A stretch of DNA of 64,000 bases. Source: Rhina ancylostomus (taxonomy: Eukaryota). The notes under the pieces were generated by a model. The model saw only the letters and a list, made by a program, of their open reading frames with translations. It had not been told where the DNA came from and searched no databases. The stretch lies in assembly GCA_030265395.1 (NCBI GenBank), contig JARFYF010000061.1, positions 10,507,916-10,571,915 on the forward strand, written 5' to 3'. A program made the position numbers and the translations under genes. The stretch's first letter is position 1, and each line of letters begins with the position of its first letter. This document shows positions 63,891 through 64,000 of this stretch, piece after piece.

Positions 63891-64000
63891 ACCTACCCGC
63901 CGATGTGAGATCTGCCTCTTGCTCTGCGTGTGAAGTCTCTGGCTGCGTCTTTCCAAATCTCTCCAATCTCTAGCTTCAACCTGCCTCTTGCGCAGCCCCG
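63891..64000 (-). other. Candidate upstream non-coding exon end and 5' splice donor of the miR-9 host transcript
   Basis: Minus strand purine-rich segment ending ...CACATCGGCGG|GTAGGT (GT at 63896-63895), within a CpG island. Confidence 0.35.

Larger units (their letters stand above)
52600..64000. promoter_or_regulatory. Extended CpG-retaining, transposon-poor domain around miR-9 (probable non-methylated island)
   Basis: By eye, CpG dinucleotides are rare in 1-52.5 kb and common from about 52.6 kb onwards, even in AT-rich stretches (e.g. 58880-59110). GC-rich cores lie at about 54540-55080, 55540-55720 and 63050-64000. Confidence 0.7.

Noticed and set aside
1-64000. CRISPR array, operon or prokaryote/phage-type system
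   Set aside because: The sequence is vertebrate non-coding DNA with no regular repeat-spacer array or gene-dense region.

Overview
This is a non-coding, AT-rich vertebrate genomic window with several assembly gaps. It is almost certainly from a cartilaginous fish, probably a ray/batoid, judged from the repeat complement (Deu-type/SacSINE1-like SINEs, HE1/V-SINE-like tRNA SINEs, shark-type CR1, L2 and Rex1 LINE remnants). No credible protein-coding gene is present: the ORFs with recognisable homology are LINE ORF2 remnants and the rest look spurious or microsatellite-derived. The one unambiguous gene is a miR-9 hairpin on the minus strand (about 55457-55545) carrying perfect miR-9-5p and miR-9-3p sequences. 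A strong minus-strand 3' splice site lies just upstream of it and a candidate upstream exon/donor lies at the right edge, suggesting a spliced non-coding host transcript. The hairpin sits in a >11 kb CpG-retaining, transposon-poor domain (about 52.6-64 kb). The 52 kb downstream is a CpG-depleted, repeat-littered gene desert with several motif-dense blocks that may be conserved enhancers. I found no novel multi-gene system. Repeat family names come from recalled consensus sequences, not database searches, and repeat boundaries are approximate.
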